Assembly: GCA_965214405.1 (NCBI GenBank)
Contig: OZ243956.1
Coordinates: 1,888,001 to 1,952,000, forward strand
Length of the DNA: 64,000 bases
Source of the DNA: Trueperaceae bacterium
Lineage (GTDB): Bacteria > Deinococcota > Deinococci > Deinococcales > Trueperaceae
Direction: 5' to 3'
The position numbers and the translations under genes were made by a program. Within the stretch, counting starts at the first letter, position 1; every line of letters starts with the position of its first letter. The notes beneath the pieces are model-generated. The model had not been told where the DNA came from. It saw nothing but the letters and a program-made list of their open reading frames with translations, and did not search any database. Of this stretch, positions 1-10,876 are shown in pieces.

Positions 1-687
1 CTCGAGGCGGCGCTCGCGGGGCGAACGCTGGACGAGGGGACGCTGGCGGACGCGAGAGCGAGGCACAAGGACCTTGAAACCCTGCTCGGAGAGGTGCAGC
101 GGCGTTCGGGCGGGGCGGCGGAGGAGTTGGACGGGCTCGAGCGCCTCTTAACGCGCGCCAAAGGGTTACGCGAACGCGAGACCGCGCTCCACGGCGAGCA
201 CGCCCTCTACCGTCAGCTCGCCCTCGACCTGCGCTCGAACGCGTTCCCCGACTTTCTCATGACGCGGGTGCAGGCGACGCTGGCCGCGCGCGCCTCGCAG
301 ATTATCCGCGAGGTGACCGAGGGCCGCTACGACCTGCTCTTCACCGAGGGCGACTACCACGTCTTGGACACCTGGAACACGGGCGAACTGCGGAGCGCCA
401 AGACGCTCTCGGGCGGCGAATCGTTTGTTACCAGCCTCGCGCTCGCGCTCGCGCTGTCGGACATCTTAGCGGGCAGCAAGGCGCTGGGCGCGCTTTTTCT
501 CGACGAAGGCTTCGGCACCTTGGACGCGGAAACGCTCCATTCGGTCACCGAGGTGTTGCAGGCGCTTACCGCCCAGGGCCGCATGGTCGGCGTGATTACC
601 CACGTCACTGCGCTCTCCCAAAGCCTCCCCAACCGCCTCATGGTTCAAAAGGGGCCGGGGGGGTCATCTGTGTCTTGGGACGGCTGA
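1..687 (+). CDS. sbcC: SbcC/Rad50-family ATPase, C-terminal part (runs in from left edge)
   Basis: Signature LSGGE, Walker B/D-loop LFLDEGFGTLD, H-loop GVITH; frame open from position 1. Confidence 0.85.
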   Translation, partial: LEAALAGRTLDEGTLADARARHKDLETLLGEVQRRSGGAAEELDGLERLLTRAKGLRERETALHGEHALYRQLALDLRSNAFPDFLMTRVQATLAARASQIIREVTEGRYDLLFTEGDYHVLDTWNTGELRSAKTLSGGESFVTSLALALALSDILAGSKALGALFLDEGFGTLDAETLHSVTEVLQALTAQGRMVGVITHVTALSQSLPNRLMVQKGPGGSSVSWDG

Positions 688-1020
688 ACGCGGCCCCTTT
701 CCCTTTCACGCCTCCTTTGCGCCCCCTTTGGCCGCACCTCCCGCTAAAAGGGTTAAGATACGGGTCTTGTGAGAATAACGCCGACACTTCGTAGAGCCAG
801 CGTGAAGAGGTGCGTCATGAAGCGCGACGAGAACGGCAAGTTGAGACGTGTAAAAGCGGATACGTCACCCCCGGGAACGGTACCGGTAGCACCCGCGCCG
901 AAAGGTCACGTCTCTCACGCTCATAGAAATCATGAGAACCACACGTGTAAAGACTGTGGGACGCTCGAGCGTCAGCCGATGCAAAAAAGTTGCAGACTTT
1001 ATAGCCGCGCATCCAGACGC

Positions 1021-1048
1021 ACATCCAGATGGTGCGGTAGAGGTGTAA
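1021..1048 (+). promoter_or_regulatory. Candidate ECF-dependent promoter, probably leaderless
   Basis: ACATCC-N16-GTGTAA ending 7 nt before the ATG at 1056; similar motif at 2652-2678. Confidence 0.4.
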
Positions 1049-1055
1049 CGCTTTA

Positions 1056-1589
1056 ATGGAGTTTAGGGACACCGACGAGTTGCTGGTCCGGCGGATGGCC
1101 GCGCACAACGAGGACGCGGAGGCCGCGCTGGTCGAGCTTCACAAGCGCTACGCGCCCTATCTGGCGGCGGTCGCCCGGCGGATGCTCCGCGACCCCGACG
1201 AGGTGCAGCAGAGCGTTCAGGACGCCTTTGTACGCGCCTGGGAGGCGGCGGACCGGTTCGACCCGGAGCAGGCGAGCGCCAAAACCTGGCTGGTGACCAT
1301 CGCGCACCGCCTGGTTTTGAACCGGATAAGGGGCACCAAGCTCGTGCTGATGCCGCTCGAGACCTGGGACGCGCCGACTAAGCCGCCCGACCACTTGGAG
1401 CGCATCGAGCTCGAGGGGGCGCTGTCAGAGCTCGAGGAGGAGGAGCGCGAACTTATCGAACTGGCCTTTTACGAGGGGCACTCGCACCGCCAGCTCGCCG
1501 AACTGACGGGCAAGCCCCTGGGCACCGTCAAGACGAAACTTCGCACCGCGCTGGGCAAGCTGCGCGAGACTTTGGGAGGAGAGCTGTGA
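1056..1589 (+). CDS. ECF RNA polymerase sigma factor (SigK-like)
   Basis: Region 2 (VQDAFVRAW, KTWLVTIAH) and region 4 (YEGHSHRQLAELTGKPLGTVKT); overlaps anti-sigma gene. Confidence 0.9.
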   Translation: MEFRDTDELLVRRMAAHNEDAEAALVELHKRYAPYLAAVARRMLRDPDEVQQSVQDAFVRAWEAADRFDPEQASAKTWLVTIAHRLVLNRIRGTKLVLMPLETWDAPTKPPDHLERIELEGALSELEEEERELIELAFYEGHSHRQLAELTGKPLGTVKTKLRTALGKLRETLGGEL

Positions 1590-2494
1590 CCGTAGACCAA
1601 GACATCCTTGTCGCCTACGTTTTGGGCGGCCTCTCCCCCAGCGAAGAGGCGGCGGTGGCGCAGCACCTCAGGGCGCATCCGGACGAGGCGGCGTGGGTGC
1701 GAAGGTCTTTCGAAACGCTCGCAGCTTACGCGCTCTCCAACGCACCCGAAGCCGTGCCCGATGACGCCGAAACGAAGCTGCTGGCGCGGATTCAGAGAGC
1801 GCCCGCCAGCGTAGCCAAAAACCCAGCCAAAAACCCAGCAGCCAGGGTTACGGTAGGGAGGAGCGTTGTATCTGACGACACCGTGGCCGACGGAGCTTTG
1901 GAGGGTGAGTCTAAAAGCGGCGAACCCACCATCAGTAAATCTATAAACGGCGAACCTGTAGCCACCAAAGTAGCCACCAAAGCCGAATCAAGCGGCGCAA
2001 CGGGGGCTGAACGAGAACCAGAAGCAGTAGAAGAGCCGGGAGGGACGCGGAACGCGCCGCCGTGGACGTCACGGACGCTGTGGTTGGGGCTCGCAACCGC
2101 CGCGGCCATCCTTGTTTTGGTCTGGCTCAGCGTGTTCGAGCCGCGGAGTCAAAACGCGCAGATTGCGAGGGAGTTAGAAACCCTCTGCGCGAACCAAACC
2201 AGCACCTGTCAAACCTTGACCAACAGCCAGAGCGAACCCATCGGCACCGTTGCGCGCCGCGCCGACAACAGCTTTTTGGTCGTGTTTGATAACGACCCGC
2301 CGTCTGATAACGTCTATCAGGCTTGGGAAATTGTGGGAGACACACCCACGTCTTTAGGAACCTTTGACAGCCGCGTCGTCAACGTCACGGCCTCGTTGCC
2401 CGCGGGAAGTACGTTCGGGGTGACGCTCGAGCCCTCCGGCGGCTCCCCGCAGCCGACGAGTACACCTATCGCCCTGTACCCACTGCCGGGATGA
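1586..2494 (+). CDS. RskA-type anti-sigma factor
   Basis: N-terminal AYVLGGL..EE, one TM helix, C-terminal YQAW...FGVTLEPSGGSPQPT motif. Confidence 0.85.
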   Translation: MTVDQDILVAYVLGGLSPSEEAAVAQHLRAHPDEAAWVRRSFETLAAYALSNAPEAVPDDAETKLLARIQRAPASVAKNPAKNPAARVTVGRSVVSDDTVADGALEGESKSGEPTISKSINGEPVATKVATKAESSGATGAEREPEAVEEPGGTRNAPPWTSRTLWLGLATAAAILVLVWLSVFEPRSQNAQIARELETLCANQTSTCQTLTNSQSEPIGTVARRADNSFLVVFDNDPPSDNVYQAWEIVGDTPTSLGTFDSRVVNVTASLPAGSTFGVTLEPSGGSPQPTSTPIALYPLPG

Positions 2495-2651
2495 ACGCGG
2501 CATGAACGCGGTGGTTTTATACGCCCGCCAGCCCCTTCATCATTCCTTGGTTGATGCCCCCGGACGCGTGTACAATAGTCCAAATTACGTTTCCTCGACG
2601 ATGCACCGCGCTACACTCAACATGGTTCAAATGTGTGTTAAGGAAGGTTCG

Positions 2652-2678
2652 ACATCTCTTTACCACACGAATGTGTAA
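2652..2678 (+). promoter_or_regulatory. Candidate ECF-dependent promoter of CHRD gene
   Basis: ACATCT-N15-GTGTAA, resembles 1021-1048. Confidence 0.35.
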
Positions 2679-2733
2679 AAACTTTTAGAAGGACTTGCTT
2701 GAAGAAAGACCAAATCGAAAGGGAGTGTGCAAC

Positions 2734-3528
2734 ATGAAACGAATGCTTTTAGTTTTAGGCCTCATGGTTTCGCTTATGGCCTACGCCCAAGATACCGGCG
2801 GGATGACCGGCGGCATGGACATGACGGGTGGCGACATGGGCATGACCGGCGGGATGGATATGACCGGTGGTGATATGGGTATGGACATGACCGGCGGGAT
2901 GGATATGATGACGGGCGGTATGACGGGTGGGATGGACATGATGACCGGTGGCATGGGCATGATGGGCATGAACATGGTGGAGGTAACGCTGTCCGGTTCG
3001 CAGCAAGTTCCCCCTGTTGAAACGTCCGCCACGGGCTCCGCGACGGTTAGCTTGGACGGCAGCACGCTCACGGTCCAGGGCGACTTCTCCGACCTGAGCA
3101 GCCCGCTTGTCGAGATTGCGGGCACGCCCGCGCACATCCACATGGCACCCGCGGGCGAAAACGGCCCCGTCATCATTCCGCTCAACGTGAGCGCGGACGC
3201 GGACGGCTCGAGCGGCATCTTTAGCGTTGATGCCGATCTTACGCCCGAACAAGTGACGGCCTATGAAGAGGGTAACCTCTACATCAACGTTCACACCGAG
3301 ATGCACGAGAGCGGCGAACTCCGCGGCCAGATTACCCCCGGAATGATGGGCGACATGAACATGACGGGTGGGATGGACATGACCGGCGGCGAAGACATGA
3401 TGGACATGACCGGCGGTGACATGGACATGGATATGACCGGCGGGATGGACATGACGGGTGGCGATATGGGCATGACCGGCGGGATGGATATGACGGGCGG
3501 CATGACCGGCGGCACCGGCGGCAACTAA
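2734..3528 (+). CDS. Secreted CHRD-domain protein flanked by Met/Gly/Asp-rich repeats
   Basis: Signal peptide from ATG 2734 (RBS gggag); CHRD motifs LSGSQQVPPV, AHIH, YINVHTE..SGELRGQ; MTGG/MD repeats on both sides. Confidence 0.85.
   Translation: MKRMLLVLGLMVSLMAYAQDTGGMTGGMDMTGGDMGMTGGMDMTGGDMGMDMTGGMDMMTGGMTGGMDMMTGGMGMMGMNMVEVTLSGSQQVPPVETSATGSATVSLDGSTLTVQGDFSDLSSPLVEIAGTPAHIHMAPAGENGPVIIPLNVSADADGSSGIFSVDADLTPEQVTAYEEGNLYINVHTEMHESGELRGQITPGMMGDMNMTGGMDMTGGEDMMDMTGGDMDMDMTGGMDMTGGDMGMTGGMDMTGGMTGGTGGN
2791..2970 (+). repeat. Coding tandem repeats (MTGG/MD), N-terminal block
   Basis: Iterated atgacNggNggN units. Confidence 0.9.
3343..3525 (+). repeat. Coding tandem repeats (MTGG/MD), C-terminal block
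   Basis: Iterated atgacNggNggN units. Confidence 0.9.
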
Positions 3529-3549
3529 CGTAATCAACATTCAGGTTTG

Positions 3550-3582
3550 AGTAAGGGCATCTCAGAGGTGCCCTTACTTTTT
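3550..3582 (+). terminator. Intrinsic terminator between convergent genes
   Basis: agtaagggcatct-cag-aggtgcccttact followed by T run. Confidence 0.75.
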
Positions 3583-4059
3583 GCTTTTTTCCCTGCTGTC
3601 TCTGGTTTCTTTCTCTGCGGGGTCGCCCAACTGCTTGATCTCGTCGATAAAGCGGTCTACCGAGTCGAAGTCGCGGTAGACGCTCAAAAAACGGATGTAC
3701 GCCACGTCGTCGAGGCTTTTGAGAAAGCGGAGCGCGCGCATCCCGATCTCTTCCGAGGCCACCTCGGGCACCTGCACCTCGTCTTCAAAGGCGTACGCGA
3801 ACTCGCGCAGTTGCTTTTCGGTCACGGGCCGCTTGTTGCTCGCAATGCGCAGCTTGTTGAGAAGCTTGTCGGGGTTGAACGCCTCGAGCCGACCCGAGCG
3901 CTTTTTGACCATCAAGACTTCGAACTGCGCGCGTTCATAGGTGGTAAAGCGGCGTCCGCAGTTCGAGCACTCGCGCCGCCTGCGGATCGCGCTGTTTTCG
4001 TCCGAGGGCCGCGAATTGACCACGCGGGTGTCAGAAGACGAGCAAAAGGGACATTTCAC
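3574..4059 (-). CDS. nrdR: Transcriptional repressor NrdR
   Basis: MKCPFC...IRRRRECSNCGRRFTTYE zinc ribbon, ATP cone, VAYIRFLSVYRDF. Confidence 0.95.
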   Translation of the reverse strand: MKCPFCSSSDTRVVNSRPSDENSAIRRRRECSNCGRRFTTYERAQFEVLMVKKRSGRLEAFNPDKLLNKLRIASNKRPVTEKQLREFAYAFEDEVQVPEVASEEIGMRALRFLKSLDDVAYIRFLSVYRDFDSVDRFIDEIKQLGDPAEKETRDSREKSKK

Positions 4060-4074
4060 GCCTCACCCTAAGCC

Positions 4075-5004
4075 TTAGCGGGTGTTTTCGGAGCGCTCGA
4101 GCCTCGAGGGCAGCGCGTTGTAGCGCTCGGCCTCGTCGTCTTCAGTGGGGTCGCCTTCGTCCTCGAGGCCGTACTCGGAGTCATAATCGTCCTCGCCTTC
4201 CACATCCTCGTCTAGCTCCCCGTCCTCCCCCAACATCAGCTCGCCTTCCATATCCTCGTCGTAAAGGCTCGCCTCCAGATCGTCCTGCCGGACGTTTTCA
4301 TCCAGCGCAGCGCGGACTTCGGGCAAGAGCGATTCGATGATGCGGGGCGGGGGCGGCAGCGTCACGTAGAAGCGGTGACCGGAGAGCCCGACCGCCTCGT
4401 CCGAGCCCAGGTAGCGCACGCTTTTGACCAGCGGCGCGTCGTGCAGGGGGTCCGACGCGGGGCGCGAGGGCACCACCACGTTGACGCGCAGCGTGTCGTA
4501 ACGCGCCTCGAAGCCCGCGGCCATCCGGGTGATGGCGCCCCGCACCGCGACCATGTGGGGTTCGGTGGCGCTTTTGGGCGGGCTCACCAGCACCAACCAG
4601 GCGTTGTTAAGGAGGCGCGCCGCCGTTTTGAGGGTCAGGAACGTGCTCCGCACGTTCTCGTCCAGAAGCTCGCCGAACTCGTTCTCGCTGAGGTCGCGGA
4701 AGCGGGTGTGGCTTTCGAACGAGGCCACATGGACCACACCCGAGATGTCGCCGAAAATCTCGAACACCTTTTCAAAGGCGTTTTGTACGTCCATCTGGGT
4801 GGTCATGTCGGCCTGAATGGGAATGGCCTGGCCGCCCCCCTCTTCGATTTCCGCGGCGGTCTTCGAGGCCAGATCCACGTCTCTGTCGGCGCAGACCACG
4901 TCGTAGTCGGCCTGGCCGTAGGCGAGCGCGATGGCCCGACCGAAGCCCTGGCCGACGTTGGTCACCAGAACTACGCTGACCGTGCTTTGGGGCGTCATCG
5001 TCAT
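4075..5004 (-). CDS. Atypical short-chain dehydrogenase/reductase with acidic tail
   Basis: VVLVTNVGQGFGRAIA Rossmann start, IQADMT; D/E-rich C-terminus; start taken as MTMTPQ. Confidence 0.7.
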   Translation of the reverse strand: MTMTPQSTVSVVLVTNVGQGFGRAIALAYGQADYDVVCADRDVDLASKTAAEIEEGGGQAIPIQADMTTQMDVQNAFEKVFEIFGDISGVVHVASFESHTRFRDLSENEFGELLDENVRSTFLTLKTAARLLNNAWLVLVSPPKSATEPHMVAVRGAITRMAAGFEARYDTLRVNVVVPSRPASDPLHDAPLVKSVRYLGSDEAVGLSGHRFYVTLPPPPRIIESLLPEVRAALDENVRQDDLEASLYDEDMEGELMLGEDGELDEDVEGEDDYDSEYGLEDEGDPTEDDEAERYNALPSRLERSENTR

Positions 5005-5324
5005 AACTTGACAGCATACTGGTCGCGCGCCTCCTTCACAAGGGCGTAACGCGGATTGTGAGGTGAGGCTGGCGGAGAAGTGTTGATGGTGATGAGATAA
5101 AGGAGCGGGTGCAGAGCGGTAAAACAGAGCGGTGAAAGCGCCTCCCCGTCTCCCCTGCGCCTCATCTCCCTCGGGCTCTTTGTGAGTTCGCTCGAGCCCC
5201 GCACCCTCACCGATAACCTTATCCATGAGAAGAGCAGGTTACAATGGCTGCGATTTGGTTGGTTTGGCTTTGGGCACCGTTTTATGCGCAATGATTGACG
5301 CGGCGCGCTCGAAGAGGAGACGCT

Positions 5325-6183
<859 letters not shown>

Positions 6184-6200
<17 letters not shown>

Positions 6201-7134
6201 AAAGCCGATTGACGAGTTGGAAGCGCGCATCAACGACATGCGCCTCTACGCCGCCGAGCAGGGCGTCGACGTGGGCGAGGAGATCGCGCTCCTAGAAAAG
6301 CGTTTGGAGCGGCTTCAGGAAGAAACCTTCGCTACGCTCACGCGCTGGCAGCGGGTGCAGGTGGCGCGGGCGCCGGGGCGGCCCACCGCGCTCGACTATA
6401 TCGGGCACATCTTTAGCGACTTTACCGAACTCCACGGCGACCGCACCTTAGGCGACGACCCGGCGATGGTCACGGGGATGGCGAGCTTCGGGGGTCGGAC
6501 GGTCGTCATCGCGGCCCAACAGAAGGGGCGCGACACCAAGGAGAACATCCACCGTAACTTCGGCATGGCGCATCCCAGCGGCTACCGCAAGGCGATGCGG
6601 ATGTTCGACTTAGCCGACAAATTCGCCCTACCCGTGGTGACGCTGATCGACACGCCCGGCGCGTATCCCGGCATCGCCGCCGAGGAGCAGGGGCAAGCCT
6701 GGGTTATCGCCGAGAGCATCCAGCGGATGAGCCGTCTTAAAGTACCCGCGGTGAGCATCGTGATTGGCGAGGGCGGCTCGGGTGGGGCCTTGGCGATCGG
6801 CGTCGCCAACCGCGTGCTCATTTTGGAGAACGCCATCTACTCGGTGATTTCGCCCGAATCCTGCGCGGCGATCCGCTGGCGCGACGCGGGCGAGGCGCCC
6901 AAGGCGGCGGAGGCGCTTAAGTTGACCGCTCGGGACTTGCTCGAGCTAGGCGTCGTCGACAAAGTCATCGAAGAACCCAGCGGCGGCGCGCACCGCGACC
7001 CCGTCACCGCGATGAACTGCGTGGCCGAGACTTTGCGCTGCGAACTCGACGGTCTCGCCGGGATGTCCGAAAAGGAAGTTCTGGCAAACCGCCACGACCG
7101 CTTTCGCAAGCTTGGCCGGGTGGCGGTACTGTAG
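6184..7134 (+). CDS. accA: Acetyl-CoA carboxylase carboxyltransferase alpha
   Basis: [39 protein letters not shown]. Confidence 0.95.
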
Positions 7135-7176
7135 ACCGCCACGCCGTTTGGGTTGTATATCTCAGCTATACACCGT

Positions 7177-7303
7177 CAATACTTCGGACAGGTTTTGACG
7201 CGAAATCTAATTTATCTCGTCTATGACGCAAATCTTCTGAACAGAAGTCATATTAAGGAATAACGTCCCTGACGCGCTTTTTACACAAGTGTCCGAAGTA
7301 TCG
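7177..7303. mobile_element. 127-bp MITE-like/IS remnant
   Basis: Inverted ends caatacttcggaca (7177-7190) and tgtccgaagtatcg (7290-7303), 13/14 match; AT-rich interior; no TSD seen. Confidence 0.55.
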
Positions 7304-7352
7304 TATCGGAAAAGTTGCACGTTATAAGTTAGGCATTATCAGAACCAAAAAA

Positions 7353-8414
7353 TCAAGGCTGGAAAAACGTCGTTTCACCGTCCAAACGCCCAATAAACGC
7401 GGCGATGAGCGCGATGACGTTTTCCAAATCTTTGGGGTCGATCATCTCGTTGGGCGAGTGCATGTAGCGGTTGGGAATCGACACCACCGCCGTCGGCACG
7501 CCGCCCTGGTTTTTGGCGATGTCGTCGGCGTCGGTGTAGGTGTTGCGCGGCGCGGTCTCGATGGTGTAGGGAATTCCTTCAGCCTCGGCGGTGTCAATGA
7601 GCCTATTGAACACGCCCCGGTGGACGTACGAGCCAACCGACAACGAAGGCCCCGAACCGAACGCCACGTCGCCCTCGCGCTTTTTGTCGACGCCGGGCCG
7701 GTCGGTCGCGTGGGTCACGTCTACAGCGATGGCGACCTGGGGCTCCAAGGTGTGCGAGGCTACGTACGCCCCGATGCCCCCGATCTCCTCTTGCACCGTC
7801 GCCACCGCGACCACCTCGGCCTGAGCACCCGCCTCGGCGGCGCGTTTGGCGGCCTCGAGCACGATAAACGCCCCGATGCGGTTGTCTATCGCCTTGCTGA
7901 CCAACCGCCCGTTCAAAAGTTCCACAAAAGGCTGCTCAATCACCGCAAAGTCACCCGCGCGCACGTGTTTTTTGGCTTCTTTGTCGTCTTTCGCGCCGAG
8001 GTCTATCCACATATCTTCTAACTTGGAGACCTTGTTGCGCTCGTCTTGCGTCATCAGGTGAATGGGCTTCTTGCCGATGACGCCCACCAACTCACCCTTA
8101 TAGCCCACCACCCGCACGCGCTGCCCGATGAGCTGCTGCGGGTCCCAACCGCCGACGCCCTTAAAGTAAAGCAGGCCGTTATCGTCGATGTAGGTAATGA
8201 TGAGGCCGATCTCATCAATGTGCCCCGCCAGCATGACGCGCGGCCCGCCGCCCTCATTAAAAGTAGCAAAGGTGTTGCCGTAAGCGTCGGTACGCATCGC
8301 CGCACCGTAACCCTGCGCCTGCTCGCGCCACGCGCCCGCCGGGCGAGATTCGAACGAGGAGGTGCCGGGGGCACAGAGAAGGCGTTTGAGAAAGTCTTTT
8401 TGAGGTTTTTTCAC
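7353..8414 (-). CDS. M42 family metallo-aminopeptidase
   Basis: GHIDEIG, SKAIDNR, TVQEEIG, AVDVTHA, RYMHSPNE. Confidence 0.9.
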   Translation of the reverse strand: MKKPQKDFLKRLLCAPGTSSFESRPAGAWREQAQGYGAAMRTDAYGNTFATFNEGGGPRVMLAGHIDEIGLIITYIDDNGLLYFKGVGGWDPQQLIGQRVRVVGYKGELVGVIGKKPIHLMTQDERNKVSKLEDMWIDLGAKDDKEAKKHVRAGDFAVIEQPFVELLNGRLVSKAIDNRIGAFIVLEAAKRAAEAGAQAEVVAVATVQEEIGGIGAYVASHTLEPQVAIAVDVTHATDRPGVDKKREGDVAFGSGPSLSVGSYVHRGVFNRLIDTAEAEGIPYTIETAPRNTYTDADDIAKNQGGVPTAVVSIPNRYMHSPNEMIDPKDLENVIALIAAFIGRLDGETTFFQP

Positions 8415-8472
8415 GGGCTACTGTACCACCCCTAAAGCTCTCCTTTTGGAGACGCAGACCCAAACGCCAGGC

Positions 8473-9078
8473 TCAATCCGCCTCGAGCCCCGCCCCACCA
8501 AACTCGGCCCTGAACGCGACCCCCTGGTCTTGTCCCTCGGTATAAACAAGCGCCAGATTGTCCAGCGTCAGCTCCCAATCGAAAGAGCGTTGGCTAAGGT
8601 GTTGCAACACGTTTCCTACACGTGCGTGCGTGAGGTCGCCGTAGGCGAGGGTGATGTGGGGCGCCCAGCGCTCCGGCAAGTAATGCGGGTTTTCTCCCGT
8701 GGCGAGGGACGAAAGCGCATCTAGTAGTCTCGAGTGAAGCGTCATGAGCGCGGGAGTTTTGACGACGGGCAGATAGAGGATGGGACGCTCACCCGTAAAA
8801 AGCCCGAGTCCTGTGGTTCTGACCGTCAGGGGCTTGAGCCCCGCCGCAGTTTGCGCCAGCAGCGCCTCCACCTTTTCATCATCAAAGTTGCGCGCGCCGT
8901 GGTACGACAGGTGCGGGAAGGGCGCGCCGTAGATGCCGCGCAACCCGAAGCGCGTTTCTAGCTCCGCCCAAAGCTCACGTACCAGCGCGTCGTGCGTGGC
9001 GTCTAAAAAGGACACGACCGCCACGAGCCCGTCGTCCCTTCTACCTTGGGGGGCGCGGAGTGCTCGAGCTGGATTCAT
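8473..9078 (-). CDS. 2H phosphoesterase (2'-5' RNA ligase family)
   Basis: Two HxS/T motifs: PHLSY and PHITL. Confidence 0.75.
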   Translation of the reverse strand: MNPARALRAPQGRRDDGLVAVVSFLDATHDALVRELWAELETRFGLRGIYGAPFPHLSYHGARNFDDEKVEALLAQTAAGLKPLTVRTTGLGLFTGERPILYLPVVKTPALMTLHSRLLDALSSLATGENPHYLPERWAPHITLAYGDLTHARVGNVLQHLSQRSFDWELTLDNLALVYTEGQDQGVAFRAEFGGAGLEAD

Positions 9079-9110
9079 TCTCGCACTTTGTCCCTGCTTT
9101 GTCTGGGGGT

Positions 9111-10142
9111 CTAGGCGGGCACGGGCTCGAGTTGAGTATCGGTTTCTACGTCCGCCCCAATCTTCTCAGCCTCGACTTTTCCTACGATATCCGCCAAAGC
9201 GCGCTGCGCATGGACAAGACCATTCTCGATAAACACGTCGCTGGTGCGCGTGCCGAAACCCGCCGAGCCGATCAGGTAGAGGCCGGGCACGGTGCTCTCG
9301 AAAGTGTCTTCGTTGAGTTCCGCCGCGTAGGTATCGGGGTCTAACTCCGCCCCGATACTTTCTAAAAGCGTCGGTGAGGCGTAGTAGCCGGTCAAGGCAA
9401 AGGTGAAGTCGGTGGGGATGCGCAACGTCTCCTCCCCCCGCTCGGCAACGACTTCCGTCTCGGTAATTTCTTTGACCACCGTGTTGAAGTAGGCTTTGAT
9501 GCCGCCCTCCTTGACGCGGTTTTCTAAATTGGGCCGAATCCAGTATTTGAGCGAGTGGCGGAAATCCTCTCCGCGGTGAATCATCGTGACGTGCGCCCCG
9601 CCCCGGTAGAGGTCTAAGGCAGTGTCCGCGGCGGAACTCCCCGCACCGACAATGGTGACGTTGCGCCGCCAAAAGGGGTGCGCCTCGGTGTAGTAGTGCG
9701 AGACGTTGTCGCGTTCTTCACCGGGTACGCCCAGCCATTTGGGGTTGTCGAAATAGCCCGTGGCGAGCGCGACTTTGCGGGCGCGCAATGTCTCAGCGGG
9801 TCCCTTATCGGGTTGCACTGTGAGTTCGAAACCCTCTGGCGCACGCGTCAATCCTGTAACTGCCGTGTAGATCCGAACGTTCAGGTCCTCGTTTTGCGTC
9901 ACCTTGCGGTAGTAGTCGAGCGCTTCCTTGCGGGTCGCCTTGTCGGTCGCGGTCACGAAGGGATGGTTGCCAATCTCGAGCCGCTCCGCCGTCGTAAAAA
10001 AAGTCATATAGGTTGGGTACTCAAAAATCGCGTTGACCAAGCAGCCCTTCTCGAGCACCGCGTAATCGAGCCCCGCGCGTTTAGCTAAGATGGCGGCTTC
10101 GAGGCCGATAGGACCCGCGCCGACAATGATGAGGTCATACAT
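9111..10142 (-). CDS. ypdA: YpdA-family putative bacillithiol disulfide reductase
   Basis: GAGPIGL, EKGCLVNAIFEYPTYMTFF, ATGYFDNP, SHYYTEAHP, VFIENG. Confidence 0.85.
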   Translation of the reverse strand: MYDLIIVGAGPIGLEAAILAKRAGLDYAVLEKGCLVNAIFEYPTYMTFFTTAERLEIGNHPFVTATDKATRKEALDYYRKVTQNEDLNVRIYTAVTGLTRAPEGFELTVQPDKGPAETLRARKVALATGYFDNPKWLGVPGEERDNVSHYYTEAHPFWRRNVTIVGAGSSAADTALDLYRGGAHVTMIHRGEDFRHSLKYWIRPNLENRVKEGGIKAYFNTVVKEITETEVVAERGEETLRIPTDFTFALTGYYASPTLLESIGAELDPDTYAAELNEDTFESTVPGLYLIGSAGFGTRTSDVFIENGLVHAQRALADIVGKVEAEKIGADVETDTQLEPVPA

Positions 10143-10213
10143 AAGGGGGATGGTAGCAAAGGGGGGGTCGGGGAGCGATAGCAAGGCTTACAGAAGGGTT
10201 GAAAAGCGGGTTT

Positions 10214-10876
10214 TTAGACGAGACTGCTGGGGCAAAGCGTACGGAGTGCGCAGCCTTCGCAGTTCGGACGGCGCGCGAAGCAGACGCGGCGACCGTGCAA
10301 GATGAGCGCGTGGTGGAGAAAAATCCAGTGCGACCGGGGGAAAAGCTTCTCCAAATCCGCTTCGACTTTATCGGGATTTTTGTGCTTTGAAAACTCGAGC
10401 CGCCGCGCAAGCCTTCCTACGTGCGTGTCCACCGCGATGGCGGGCCGACCAAAGGCGTTAGACAGCACCACGTTGGCGGTTTTGCGCCCGACGCCGGGCA
10501 GCGTGAGGAGCGCGTCAAAGGCGTTGGGCACCGCGCCGCCGTAGGCCTCGGTAAGCCGTTGGGCCGTGGCGACGATGTTTTTGGCTTTGGTTTTGTAGAG
10601 TCCGATGCTCTTGACGAAGGGCTCGAGCGCCTCCGGCGTGGCCGCGGCCAAGGTTGAAGCGTCCGGGTAACGCGCGAACAAGGCGGGGGTCGCGGCGTTT
10701 ACGCTCACGTCGGTGGCCTGGGCGGACAGAATGGTGGCGATGAGGAGTTCAAAAGGATTCGTGTGCTCGAGTTCGGTTTTGGCGTCGGGGTAGAGGTGCT
10801 CGAGACCTTGCAGCACCGCCTCGGCTCGCTTTTGAAGGTCTTCGCTTTCATCTACTGACCTGAGTTCTGGAGACAT
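10214..10876 (-). CDS. nth: Endonuclease III
   Basis: LSAQATD, LPGVGRKTANVV HhH, AVDTHV, C-x6-C-x2-C-x5-C FeS cluster. Confidence 0.95.
   Translation of the reverse strand: MSPELRSVDESEDLQKRAEAVLQGLEHLYPDAKTELEHTNPFELLIATILSAQATDVSVNAATPALFARYPDASTLAAATPEALEPFVKSIGLYKTKAKNIVATAQRLTEAYGGAVPNAFDALLTLPGVGRKTANVVLSNAFGRPAIAVDTHVGRLARRLEFSKHKNPDKVEADLEKLFPRSHWIFLHHALILHGRRVCFARRPNCEGCALRTLCPSSLV

Noticed and set aside
769..1056. 95-aa ORF with His cluster and CxxC before the sigma gene
   Set aside because: No recognisable family, atypical composition, overlaps the likely promoter; cannot support it
1810..1985. 12-bp tandem duplications in the anti-sigma linker
   Set aside because: Ordinary slippage in a low-complexity linker
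2755..3540. His-rich antisense ORF
   Set aside because: Mirror of the ATG-rich repeats on the + strand
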